A stretch of DNA of 64,000 nt from Candidatus Eiseniibacteriota bacterium (GTDB taxonomy: Bacteria; Eisenbacteria; RBG-16-71-46; CAIMUX01; VGJL01), in assembly GCA_041946735.1 (NCBI GenBank), contig JBHGAY010000023.1:1-64000 (forward strand). Reading direction: 5' to 3'. Position 1 is the stretch's first letter; each line of letters begins with the position of its first letter. Below the pieces are notes generated by a model. That model saw only the letters and a program-made list of their open reading frames with translations, made no database searches and was not told where the DNA came from. Below, piece by piece: positions 26,899-36,325 of the stretch. A program made the translations under genes and the position numbers.

Positions 26899-29253
26899 AT
26901 GATCCCGCACCGCATCTCGGCCCCTCGATCGTCCCTGGCGCTCGTCCTCCTGTTCCTCGTTTCCGCCTGTCCGGCGATCTCGGTGATGATCGGGATCGCG
27001 GCGCCGGCGCCGGCTCTCGCGCAGCCGCCGGATTGGAGCGTTCTCCGTCCCAGCAATTCAGGCATTCCGGGCGAAGAGATCCGTTGCCTTCGATTCGCTC
27101 CGGACGGCGGGTTCTGGGTAGGCGCCCGCTGGCCGTTCTGGCAGGAAGGCGGCATCGGCATCTACGATTCGGCCGCAGACGTATGGACCGACTACTCGAA
27201 CTTCGAGACGCCGATCCCGAGCGAATACGTGAACGATCTCGCCTTCGCGCAGGACGGAAGCGTCTGGATCGCGACGGACGCCGGGCTCGTGCACAAGGGG
27301 GGAGACACCTGGACGGTGTACACCACCGCCAATGCGCCCTTTCTGCATAATGTGATTCGCGAGGTCGAGATCGACTCGGCGGGACGCGTCTGGGTGAACA
27401 ACACCAACGTGCAGAACCAGAATGCAGCGGTGCTGGTCTGGGACGGCTCCACCTGGCGCTCCTTTCGCGTACCGACCGACATCCCGTGGCAGGACCCGTG
27501 GCGTCAGCTTCAAGGGCTCCTCGTCGACCGGCAGGATCATGTCTGGATCGGCAACATGACCTTGCCGGGCGTGGCCGAGTACGACGGGCAGTCCTGGATC
27601 CTCCGCGGGCAGAACATCGATCTTCTCGTGCCGCACGCCGCCGATCTGGCGAACGGGGTCTGGATGATCACGGGAAACCTGGGCTACCAGGTCTATCGAT
27701 GGAACGGCAGCCAGTTCGTCCTCTTCGGCGGAACGCCGCCGCCGCTGAGCAACACGACGATCACGGAGGTCGCAGTCGACGGCTCCGGCGCGGTCTTCAT
27801 CGGCAACTGGGTTGGAGAGACGGTCAAATCCACGAACCTGGGGCAGGCGTGGGCGCCTTTCACCGTCGTTTCGGACAGGGTCACCGGATTCGCTTTCGAT
27901 GCGGACGGCGCAGAGGTGTGGATCGGAAGCGCGGGGGCGATCCACCGCTTCTCGGCCGGTGCGCAGCCGATCCACGTCTACAACACCTACAACACGGGCA
28001 TCCCCGACTTCTGGATCGATCGCATGTCGACCGACCGCGACGGCTACTTCTGGCTTGCGACCGGAGAAGCGGGGTTGTCGCGATTCGACGGGCTCCGATG
28101 GCGGAACTGGGGCGACCACAATGCCGGCTCCGAGCCGTATCCCTTCGCCGGCAACGAACCGATGGGCTGCGCGTACCAGGATCGGTCGGGAACCCATTGG
28201 TTCGGCGGCAACGGCATCGCGCGCTGGGACTCCGGCACCGGGCAGTTCACCGGCTTCTGGAACTGGCAGAACAATCCCGGAATGGGTGTGGGACTTTGGA
28301 TCGCCTTCGCGGAGGACATGGCGGGGAAGCTCTTCTCCGCCGAGGAGTATGGATCGATCTACCGGTTCGACGAAGGGCAGCAACGATGGGTGCGGGAGCC
28401 GGTTCAACCGTACGCCCCCCTCGGGCTGCCCGGAATGCAGGCGGACAGCCACGGCAATGTCTGGATCGCCGGCTGGTTCGATCTGTACAAATGGGACGGG
28501 TCGACCTGGTCGACAGTCACGCTCCCCGATCCGAACTACTTCTTCGACCTCGGGGGCATCTCCTGCCTGGACATCGGGCCGGATGGGACGTTCTGGATCG
28601 GCACCGGGGGCGGGCTCGTGCGGTGGGACGGGACGACCTTCACGTTATTCGATCCGTCCCAGGTTCCCTTGCCCGCGAACTTCGTAAGCGGCGTAGACGC
28701 GCGGGAGGACGGGCTGCTGGCCCTGGCGGCCGCGGACGACCAGGCTCATAGCGGCGTCTGCCTGATCGACGGAGATCCGGCCGTTCCTTCCAACTGGACG
28801 GTGTACCAATACGGCAGCTCTCCTCTGCAGCACTGGCAGCTCGGGACCGTCGCCTTCGACGGCAACGGCGACCTGTGGGTCAGCTGTCTGAGCATGGGAG
28901 TGGTGATCCTGCGGATCGGACAATCTCCGGCCAACGTCGCGCAAAACGGATCGCCTGTTCCCGGCGAGATGCTCGCGGTCGGCTCCCCATCGCCGAACCC
29001 CTTCCACGACGCAACCTCGATGCGCTACTCGATCGCGCGGGCGGCAGCCGTGACGTTCGACATTTTCGATCCGCAGGGGCGGCGGGTGCGCCGTCTCGTC
29101 GACGCGCACCAGAGCGCGGGAGAGTACGTGGTGGGATGGACGGGAACCGACGAGGCCGGCCGGCCGGTGCCGAGCGGCGTCTACTTCGGCCGGATCCAAT
29201 CCTCGGACCCGGCGGGTGGGACACGTACGATCCGGATCGTCAAGACCGAGTGA
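26899..29253 (+). CDS. Secreted two-component-regulator-propeller (Reg_prop-like) repeat protein with C-terminal FlgD-Ig/T9SS-CTD-like domain
   Basis: AGGAGG upstream; repeated D-x-x-G-x-x-W-I/V blades; PSPNPF...IFDPQGRRVRRL...SGVYFGRI. Confidence 0.88.
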   Translation: MIPHRISAPRSSLALVLLFLVSACPAISVMIGIAAPAPALAQPPDWSVLRPSNSGIPGEEIRCLRFAPDGGFWVGARWPFWQEGGIGIYDSAADVWTDYSNFETPIPSEYVNDLAFAQDGSVWIATDAGLVHKGGDTWTVYTTANAPFLHNVIREVEIDSAGRVWVNNTNVQNQNAAVLVWDGSTWRSFRVPTDIPWQDPWRQLQGLLVDRQDHVWIGNMTLPGVAEYDGQSWILRGQNIDLLVPHAADLANGVWMITGNLGYQVYRWNGSQFVLFGGTPPPLSNTTITEVAVDGSGAVFIGNWVGETVKSTNLGQAWAPFTVVSDRVTGFAFDADGAEVWIGSAGAIHRFSAGAQPIHVYNTYNTGIPDFWIDRMSTDRDGYFWLATGEAGLSRFDGLRWRNWGDHNAGSEPYPFAGNEPMGCAYQDRSGTHWFGGNGIARWDSGTGQFTGFWNWQNNPGMGVGLWIAFAEDMAGKLFSAEEYGSIYRFDEGQQRWVREPVQPYAPLGLPGMQADSHGNVWIAGWFDLYKWDGSTWSTVTLPDPNYFFDLGGISCLDIGPDGTFWIGTGGGLVRWDGTTFTLFDPSQVPLPANFVSGVDAREDGLLALAAADDQAHSGVCLIDGDPAVPSNWTVYQYGSSPLQHWQLGTVAFDGNGDLWVSCLSMGVVILRIGQSPANVAQNGSPVPGEMLAVGSPSPNPFHDATSMRYSIARAAAVTFDIFDPQGRRVRRLVDAHQSAGEYVVGWTGTDEAGRPVPSGVYFGRIQSSDPAGGTRTIRIVKTE

Positions 29254-29303
29254 CGGCGCGGGGAGACCGAGTGACGGCACGGGGAGACGGAGTGACGGCG
29301 CGG
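29243..29303. repeat. Tandem repeat, about 3 x 21 bp (AGACCGAGTGACGGCGCGGGG), includes the upstream gene's stop codon
   Basis: Copies at 29243, 29264 and 29285. Confidence 0.9.
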
Positions 29304-29323
29304 CGCCGCCGGGAGGGACTTTC

Positions 29324-30022
29324 ATGAACACGATCGGGATCCTCGGCGGCCTCGGGCCCCAAGCGACGATCCACTTCCAGCAGCTCGTTCTCGAGGTCTC
29401 CCAGCGGCTGCTGCCTCGCAACATGAACCTTGGCTATCCGCCGATGGTCGTGCACTTCCACCGCGGCTCGCCAATGGCTATGGACGATTCCGGCAAGCTG
29501 CTCGTGCCTCCACAGCCCGCGCCAAGTCTCCTCGAGACGGCGAGGCGAATCGGGCGGGATGCCAACATTCTCGTCTTCGTCTCGAACGGGGTTCACCTGT
29601 TCGCCCGGGACCTCGAAGCCGCATCCGGCATTCCGGTCCTGAACCTGATCGACCTCGTCCTCGCAGAGGTCCGGCAGCGCGGGTGGAAGAAGGTGGGCGT
29701 GTTGACCTACTACGACCCGCGGATCTACGAGCAGCCGGTGCGCGAGAGCGGCTTGGAGCCGGAGACGTTGGGAAAAGACCTGCAGGCTCCCCTCGACGCG
29801 GGGATCGAGGCGGTGATCGAAGGCCGGGCGGGAGCCGATCATGCGGCGAACGCGCAGCGCGCGCTGTCCGCCCTGCGCGCTCGACAGGTGGACGGCACGA
29901 TCCTCGGCTGCACCGAGATCCCTTTCCTTCTCGACGAACGCGCCCGGCCCGACTCCCCCGATCTGATCGATCCCCTGCCGCTACTCGCCGAAGCGGCCGT
30001 CAGGCGCGCCGCGCATTCCTGA
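29324..30022 (+). CDS. Aspartate/glutamate racemase family protein
   Basis: MNTIGILGGLGPQAT and ILGCTEIP motifs; the first catalytic position reads SNGVH instead of CNTAH. Confidence 0.88.
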   Translation: MNTIGILGGLGPQATIHFQQLVLEVSQRLLPRNMNLGYPPMVVHFHRGSPMAMDDSGKLLVPPQPAPSLLETARRIGRDANILVFVSNGVHLFARDLEAASGIPVLNLIDLVLAEVRQRGWKKVGVLTYYDPRIYEQPVRESGLEPETLGKDLQAPLDAGIEAVIEGRAGADHAANAQRALSALRARQVDGTILGCTEIPFLLDERARPDSPDLIDPLPLLAEAAVRRAAHS

Positions 30023-30079
30023 AGCGGGAGCTTCCGCGCGCCTGCAACCGGCACACGCGCGGCGCACCCGGCGCCCTCA

Positions 30080-30400
30080 TCACCCGGCATCCTCATCCCA
30101 GGAGACGATGAAGAGGACGACCGGCTCAGAGCCGGGATTGCCGGCTCGATGCTCGGTCCCCGCATCGATCTCGAAGCCATCACCTTGCTCGATGGTCAAG
30201 GAGCCGTTCCGGAGTTCGAAGCGCAGCGCTCCGCCGAGGACGTAACCGGCATGCCCGCGAGCGCACCAGTTCGGATCGGCGAAGCCGGGCTCGAACGCGA
30301 GCATGGCCGCGCGCGCGCCGGGAAGGCTCTTCTTGCGCTCGAGCGGATGCCCACCCGGTTGCCAAGGAAGCTGTCGAAAGGGAATTCCCGTTTCGTTCAT
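30080..30400 (-). CDS. Small cupin-fold protein
   Basis: ATG after AGGAG; WCARGHAGYVLGG and GDGFEIDAGTEH cupin motifs. Confidence 0.75.
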   Translation of the reverse strand: MNETGIPFRQLPWQPGGHPLERKKSLPGARAAMLAFEPGFADPNWCARGHAGYVLGGALRFELRNGSLTIEQGDGFEIDAGTEHRAGNPGSEPVVLFIVSWDEDAG

Positions 30401-30686
30401 GCGCTCTCCTCCTGCCGAATGGCGTCCGGAGCGCCGAACGTAGATGCCGTCGAACCGAGGGTCAAGGATCGCAGCGGGCCCGGCGGGTCCGCGCCCCCGG
30501 CCAGTCCGCCGCCCTCGCCGGCTCGCGCCCGGTCGCAGCGCCGTGGCGACAGACACCGCATGGCCGCCTCAGTGCCATCACCTAGCATCAGTCACCTCTC
30601 GCCCATACGACCGTGGAGCGCGTACAATTGCCCCCGGCTGACTGGAAGAGCCTTGCGTGAACAGTGGCAGTGGAAAGGAGGAGGTC

Positions 30687-31637
30687 ATGCGAGCACTGGC
30701 CGCATCGTTGCTCGCCTCTTTGATCCTGTCCGTGCCGGCGATTGCCGCCACCTATGTCGTCGATCCCTATGGCACCGGCGACTACCCGACGATCCAGGCC
30801 GCCGTGAACGGTTCCGCCAGCGGCGATGTGATCGAGCTGACCGATGGGACCTTCACCGGCCCCGGCAACCGGGACATCCGGTTCAATGGAAAGGACCTCA
30901 CCGTCCGGTCGCAGAGCGGCGATCCCACACGCACGGTCATCGACTGCGAGCTGGCGGAGCAGGCGTTCCTCATCTGGGAGGGCGAAGAGGTGCACTTCCA
31001 GGGAATGACGATGACCCGGGGGCGCGACTCCTCCTGGGGAGGAGCCGTCTGTGTGGAGATGGCGGCTCACGGAGTTTTTCGGGACTGCATCTTCAGCGAC
31101 AACAGCGCGCCGGGCAACGCCGGAGCCGTGATGATCATGAACTGCGGGTACGCGGAGTTCGAGGGGTGCACCTTCATCGACAACTCCAGCTATGCGGGCG
31201 GCGCCGTATGCACCTGACCCGGTGACATTGCACTGGTCCAGTGCACCTTCTACGACAACCAGGCCGAGGAAGGCAGCGCGATCTCCTTCCGCGGCGGTTG
31301 CGGAGTGGAGCTACGCGTCGAGAACACGATCATCGCCTTCAACAACGGCGGCTCGGCCATCGAGGGCGGCGCCGATGCCTTCTTCAGCTGCGTGGACATC
31401 TATGGCAATCCGGGCGGCGACTGGACGCCGGCGATCGTCGACCAGCTCGGCCTGCGCGGAAACATCAGCGACGACCCGCTCTTTTGCGACGCTGCGGGCG
31501 GAGACCTTCGCCTGAATGAGGGCTCCCCCTGCGCGCCGGGCGGCGAGTGCGACAGGATGGGCGCCTGGCCGGTCGGGTGCGAGGCGACCGCCATCCGCGA
31601 GGCGAGCTGGGGCGAGGTCAAAGCGCTGTTCCGGTAG
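30687..31637 (+). CDS. Secreted right-handed beta-helix (pectin-lyase-like) protein with in-frame UGA at 31215-31217, candidate selenoprotein; C-terminal SWGEVKALFR motif
   Basis: AGGAGG-ATG and signal peptide; GDYPTIQAAV...DGTFTGPGNRD; repeated GGAV and CTF-x-x-N coils. The ORF-track pieces 30657..31217 and 31305..31637 share one frame and the repeat continues across the TGA (GGAVCT*PGDIALVQCTFYDN). The alternative reading is a nonsense pseudogene. Confidence 0.7.
31215..31247 (+). promoter_or_regulatory. Candidate bacterial SECIS element
   Basis: UGA, then 11 nt, then stem UGCACUG(31229-35) / loop GUC / CAGUGCA(31239-45); resembles the E. coli fdhF SECIS in spacing and apical GGUC. Confidence 0.55.
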
Positions 31638-31750
31638 AGGCGGCCCCGGCTCATCGGCGGATCGAGTTTCGTGGGATCGAGCTTCGACAGAGGCGCGGCA
31701 GGGAGCGAGACCCGGCCGCGCTTCCTCTACGGGCTCGTGAAGGTTCGCCG

Positions 31751-33007
31751 CTACTTGCCGATCAGCACCAAGACGGCCGAGCCGATCGCGAGGACTGCCA
31801 GCGCCGCGCACAGCAGGATGCAGGCGATGTTGTAGGCGAGAGAGTTCGTCCGCTCCCCCATGATCCGGCGGTCGTTGATCAGGATCAGCATGAAGACCAG
31901 GACGATCGGTAGGACCATGCCGTTCACCACCTGGCTCACGTACATGACCCCGAGCAGCGAGATCTTCGGGATCAAGACGGCCCCGGCCCCGATCGCGATC
32001 AACGCGGTGTAGAGGATGTAGAACTCCCGCGCTTCGTCGAAGGAACGGCTGATCCCCGACTCCCATCCGAACGATTCGCAGATCGTGTAGGACGTCGAAA
32101 GCGGCAGGATGCTGGCCGCGAACACCGAGGCGTTCAGCAGTCCGAACGCGAAGAGCAACGACGCGTACCGCCCGGCGATCGGAGCGAGGCCGCGCGCCGC
32201 ATCGGCGGCGGACTCGATCCGCATCCCCTGGGCGTGCAGGTTCGTCGAGCAAACGACGACGATGAAGACGGCGACGACCGTGACGGAGAGGCATCCGACG
32301 ATCGTGTCGATCCGGGAGAGATAGTAATCCTCCACGCGGATGTTCTTTTCGACGACCGCAGCCTGCTGGTAGAACTGCATCCACGGCGCGATCGTCGTCC
32401 CGACGAGCGCAATCAGCATGATCAGGTAGTCGGCATCCCCCTGCAGATGGGGGACGAGCAGCGCATGCGCGACCTCGCCTGCCGGTGGATGGCTCACGGC
32501 TCCCGCCACGATGTAGCTGATGTAGAACGTGCAGGCGACGAGGAACACCTTCTCGACCGTCCGGTAGCTCGACCGAAGGACGATCGCCCAGACGAAGAGC
32601 GCCGCGATCGGAACCGCGACCCAGCGCGGGACTCCGAAGATCTCTCCCGCCGCCGCCACTCCCGCGAACTCGGCCAGGATGTTGCCGAAGTTCGTCACCA
32701 GGAGCCCGGCCATCAGATAGAAGGTGATCTTGACGCCAAACCGCTCCCGGATCAGGTCGGAAAGCCCCTTGCCGGAAACGACCCCCATCCGGTTGGACAT
32801 CTCCTGCACCACGATCAGCGCGAGGCAGAGCGGCAGGAAGATCCAGAGCGTCGCGAGTCCGTAGCGGGAGCCGGCTTGCGAGTAGGTGGTGATGCCGCCC
32901 GCATCGTTGTCGACGTTCGCCGTGATGACACCGGGTCCGAGGATCGCGAGGAAGAGGCCCAGGCGGGCGCCGATGCCGCGGACCGCCCCGCGAGCCCGCA
33001 CCTTCAA
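31751..33007 (-). CDS. NRAMP-family divalent metal transporter (NRMT-like, probably Mg2+)
   Basis: GPGVITANVDNDAGGITTYSQAG, QEM..RMG and GTTIAPWMQFY; DAGG replaces the MntH DPGN motif. Confidence 0.88.
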   Translation of the reverse strand: MKVRARGAVRGIGARLGLFLAILGPGVITANVDNDAGGITTYSQAGSRYGLATLWIFLPLCLALIVVQEMSNRMGVVSGKGLSDLIRERFGVKITFYLMAGLLVTNFGNILAEFAGVAAAGEIFGVPRWVAVPIAALFVWAIVLRSSYRTVEKVFLVACTFYISYIVAGAVSHPPAGEVAHALLVPHLQGDADYLIMLIALVGTTIAPWMQFYQQAAVVEKNIRVEDYYLSRIDTIVGCLSVTVVAVFIVVVCSTNLHAQGMRIESAADAARGLAPIAGRYASLLFAFGLLNASVFAASILPLSTSYTICESFGWESGISRSFDEAREFYILYTALIAIGAGAVLIPKISLLGVMYVSQVVNGMVLPIVLVFMLILINDRRIMGERTNSLAYNIACILLCAALAVLAIGSAVLVLIGK

Positions 33008-34284
33008 GCTCGTCCTTCCCGCCGGAAGTCGGGAAGCAGCTCGTCGAAGGCGTGCTTGATCAATACGACGCCGATCATCCGCATCTCCTCATCGACGACC
33101 GGGCAGCCGAGGAAGGAGTACTTCTGGAACACCTCGGCCACCTCGCGCCGGTGCTCGTCCGGGCCGACGGTCACCAGCCGGCGCTCCATGATGTCGGCGA
33201 CCTTGTCGGCCGCCTGCGCCCTGAGCAGCGTTCGCAAGGTCGTCACCCCGAGGAGCCGGTGCTCCGGGTCGAGGACATAGACGTAGTAGATCCCCTCGAT
33301 CTCCGGCGCCATCCGGCGGACCTCTTCCATCGCCTCGGCGACGGTCGCCGTCGGGCCGACCGACACGAACTCCGGTGTCATCAGCGACGCGGCCGTCTTC
33401 TCCTCGTACTCGATCAGCTGCTCGAGCTGCGCGCGCTCGGGCGCCTCGACTTCCGCGATGATCTCCTCCGACTGGGCGTCGGGGAGGTTGGTGAGGATGT
33501 CGGCCGCTTCGGACGGATCCATCTCCTCGAGGATGTCGGCCGCGACCTCCGGATCGAGCTGAGCGATGATCGAGGCCTGCATCTCCTCCTCGACCTCCTC
33601 CAAGGCATCCGCCGCCGCCTCGGGACCCAGCGAGTGAAGGATCGCGACGCGTTCGTTGCGGTCCAGCTCCTCGAGGATGTCCGCAACCTCGCCCGGGTGC
33701 AGGTCGCGGATCCTCGCCTGCTCCACGCGGAGCCGGAGCGGCTCACCGACGCTCGACGGATCGGCGAGGGGCTGGACGAACTTCCAGGAGATCAGGTCCT
33801 CCGGCTCGGGACGGCCGACCGCCTTCCAGATCGGGCGCGCCGCCCTCTCCACCCCCATGCGGCGCAGGAGCCCGCTGAAGCCGACGTCGACGTGGACGAT
33901 CCAGACTCGGTCGGTGACGAGCAGATGGACGTCGTTCACCCGCTCCACCTTCGCTCCCTGGACGTCGACGATCTGCTTGTCGAGGAGAAGCTCACGAACC
34001 AGGAAATCGTTCGGTTCGAGTTGCGGGATGACCAGCTCGCGCGTCCCGAGATGGATCGCGCTCTTGCGGCTGCGCGAGTCCCGCATCGCGGGGATCGGCA
34101 CCGGCGCGGCGAGCCTTGGGCCGCGACCGCTGCGGATCACGATCGCGCGGACGACGGGGTACATCTCGCCGCTCGTCGCGATGAGATCGACCACCCTGCC
34201 GATCCTTCGCCCCTCGGGGCCCCGGACGCGCCGGCCCAGGATCTCGGAGACGAAAACGAAGGCGAATCCGCTGGAATGGCTCAT
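33004..34284 (-). CDS. Soluble PRC-barrel + MgtE N-terminal + CBS-pair protein
   Basis: Two PRC-like segments (LLDKQIVDVQG), acidic ADILEE repeats, CBS pair (TAASLMTPEF, YYVYVLD); no TM domain; overlaps the NRAMP start. Confidence 0.88.
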   Translation of the reverse strand: MSHSSGFAFVFVSEILGRRVRGPEGRRIGRVVDLIATSGEMYPVVRAIVIRSGRGPRLAAPVPIPAMRDSRSRKSAIHLGTRELVIPQLEPNDFLVRELLLDKQIVDVQGAKVERVNDVHLLVTDRVWIVHVDVGFSGLLRRMGVERAARPIWKAVGRPEPEDLISWKFVQPLADPSSVGEPLRLRVEQARIRDLHPGEVADILEELDRNERVAILHSLGPEAAADALEEVEEEMQASIIAQLDPEVAADILEEMDPSEAADILTNLPDAQSEEIIAEVEAPERAQLEQLIEYEEKTAASLMTPEFVSVGPTATVAEAMEEVRRMAPEIEGIYYVYVLDPEHRLLGVTTLRTLLRAQAADKVADIMERRLVTVGPDEHRREVAEVFQKYSFLGCPVVDEEMRMIGVVLIKHAFDELLPDFRREGRA

Positions 34285-34447
34285 CCGGACCTCGAATGCC
34301 CCTGCCGCGTCGATCCCCCCGAGGGAGGTTGGACGCGACTTCGATTCAGATCAAGACCCGAATCGGCGGGCTGCGAAGTTCGCGAGCGGCGGGTGCGTGG
34401 GAGGGCGCGTGAGCGGGCGGATGCGCGGGCGGGTGCGCTGACCGCGA

Positions 34448-34600
34448 AGCTTGCCGTTACCCTTGCCCGTTGCGTCGCTCTCAGCCTTGAGCTTGCCCGC
34501 GGCGTTACTCTCGGCCTTCCCCGTTGGCTTGCCCTCGGCCTTCCCCTTGCCCTTGCCTTTGCGTTGGCCCCTGACCTTGCGCCGGCCCTCGCGTTCCGCC
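34448..34600. repeat. Low-complexity tract with about 6-bp period (CCTTGC-like)
   Basis: Repeated cttgcc, ccttcc and ctcggc hexamers upstream of the MgtE-like gene. Confidence 0.55.
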
Positions 34601-34605
34601 CTTCC

Positions 34606-35514
34606 TCACGCGGCTGGCGCTTGCCCCTCGGTCTCCCGCCAGATCTGGAGCAGGAGCTCCACCGAGCCCGGGGCGAATCCGGCGTAGTGATTGTTGAAGT
34701 AGCAGAAGACGTCGGCAACGCGGCCGGTCAGTGTGCGGAGGACCGGGATCCAGGCCCGCATCTCGGCCGATCGGTCGATCACCAGCTCGTTCCAGTCCCC
34801 CGTCTTCTCCCCCTTCTCGCGCTTGTCGGCAATCAGCTCGTCCATCGCGTGGTGGTCGCCCAGAAAGCGCACGTAGGAGAAGTCGGAGGTGATGGGATCG
34901 CAACGGTCGAACCAGCGTTCCGGCTGCGGCATCGTCACGTAATCGACGAGGGCGAGAGCGATGTTGCGCGAGCGCAAGAGATCGCAGAGAGGGGAGGCGA
35001 TCCAGGTGGGATTGCGGATCTCGACGACGTAGAGACGTCCCTCGGGCAGCAAAGGAAGGAACGCCTCCAGCCGGCGCAGAAAGCCCGAGCCGGTCTCGTG
35101 CTCCTTGGGATCCTGCCGTTTCGAAACGGCCGGAAACTGAAAGAGCAGCGGCCCGAGCTTCGAGCCCAGCCCTTCCATCGTCTCGAGGAAGTACTTCCAG
35201 TCGTCCCCGCAGTCGAGAAGCTGCTTCTCGTGCGTGATCGTCTTCGGCACCTTCGCGGAGAAGAGGAAGCCGGGCGGGACTTTGCGCTCCCACGCGGCGA
35301 CCGTCTTGGCTCCCGGCATGAAATGCCAGGTGGCGTCGATCTCCACCGTGCGGAACGTGCGCGCGTAGTGCGTCAGGAACTCGTGGGGAGGGAGGTCCGC
35401 CGGGTAGAAGCTGCCGCACCAATCGGGAGCGCTGAACGAGGAGGTGCCGACGTGCAATCGGGGCGGCAGCACCGAGAGATCAAGAACCAAGGGATCCCCC
35501 GGTTCGATTCTCAC
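34606..35514 (-). CDS. DUF72 (YecE-like) protein
   Basis: HVGTSSFSAPDW.GSFYP, TVEIDATW, FSAKVPKTITH, LLFQFP, YVRFLG and YFNNHYAG motifs. Start uncertain. Confidence 0.9.
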   Translation of the reverse strand: MRIEPGDPLVLDLSVLPPRLHVGTSSFSAPDWCGSFYPADLPPHEFLTHYARTFRTVEIDATWHFMPGAKTVAAWERKVPPGFLFSAKVPKTITHEKQLLDCGDDWKYFLETMEGLGSKLGPLLFQFPAVSKRQDPKEHETGSGFLRRLEAFLPLLPEGRLYVVEIRNPTWIASPLCDLLRSRNIALALVDYVTMPQPERWFDRCDPITSDFSYVRFLGDHHAMDELIADKREKGEKTGDWNELVIDRSAEMRAWIPVLRTLTGRVADVFCYFNNHYAGFAPGSVELLLQIWRETEGQAPAA

Positions 35515-36325
35515 GCACGCGGATCCCGCTGCGCATGCGCACGTCGTGGAACTCGCGCGCCTCGATCCAGAGATAGTTCGCGATCAGGCGCAGCTCGAGA
35601 AGCTCCGACTCGTCGATCTCTCCATCGGAGGCGGCCCCGCCGAAGAGGCTCTCGAGCAACGCGATCCTCTCCTCGATCTCGCTGACGCGGTTGAACGAGG
35701 CGCACAGGCGCTGGCGATCGAGATCGTCGAGGGTGCGGGCGCGCACGAGCCCCAGGATCCGCTCCGCTTCGTCCGTCCCGAACCCGAAGCGGTCCTGCAG
35801 CTGGCGGCGGAGGTAGCGGGTCTCCTCCGGCGCCACCTCGCCGTCGCCGAGGATCACGCGAAAGTGAATGGCGGCGAAGAGGAGCGCGCGTTGGAAGCGC
35901 TCCTCGTCCTCCCTGATCGGAGCGCGAGGGACCGTCCGGCGGAGGAGGCCGCGAACGCGTGACAGGACGGTGGGGGCGGCGCTGGCATCTGCCGCCTCGA
36001 TCGCCTCCCGCATGCGGGAGAGCAGGCGGCTCTCCCCGCCGCTCCGCCGCCCGTCGGCGCCGGCGAGCGACTCGATCCGGGCGAGCACGCGCTCGCGGTC
36101 GGTTGCCGGAATGCCGGTCACGAAGTCGACGGCGAGCTTCTCGGCCTCCTCGATCGGGACCGGCCGGTCCAGCATCGGGCGCAGGCCGGCCCATTCGGCG
36201 GCGTCCAGGCCGACGTCGCGGGCCACACCTTCGAGATACTCGGTTTCTTGCGGGGAGAGATCGCCGTCGGCCCAGGCGGCCGCCACGAGCAGCCTCACCA
36301 GGGCGACCTCGGTCCTTTCGTTCAC
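35480..36325 (-). CDS. Tandem TerB-like domain protein
   Basis: AAWADGDLSPQE, ADGRRSGGE, GDGEVAPEE and SDGEIDESE acidic TerB-type motifs. Start approximate. Confidence 0.8.
   Translation of the reverse strand: MNERTEVALVRLLVAAAWADGDLSPQETEYLEGVARDVGLDAAEWAGLRPMLDRPVPIEEAEKLAVDFVTGIPATDRERVLARIESLAGADGRRSGGESRLLSRMREAIEAADASAAPTVLSRVRGLLRRTVPRAPIREDEERFQRALLFAAIHFRVILGDGEVAPEETRYLRRQLQDRFGFGTDEAERILGLVRARTLDDLDRQRLCASFNRVSEIEERIALLESLFGGAASDGEIDESELLELRLIANYLWIEAREFHDVRMRSGIRVRENRTGGSLGS

Noticed and set aside
31215..31217. Genome-wide UGA reassignment (genetic code 4 or 25) as the explanation for the in-frame TGA
   Set aside because: Many genes end in TGA at their natural C-termini, ATGA/GTGA overlaps are used, paralogs end in TAG versus TGA at the same position, and Trp is encoded by TGG throughout.
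31305..31637. Independent 110-aa gene
   Set aside because: It has no signal peptide or clear SD, starts mid-repeat, and is in frame with and structurally continuous with 30687..31217.
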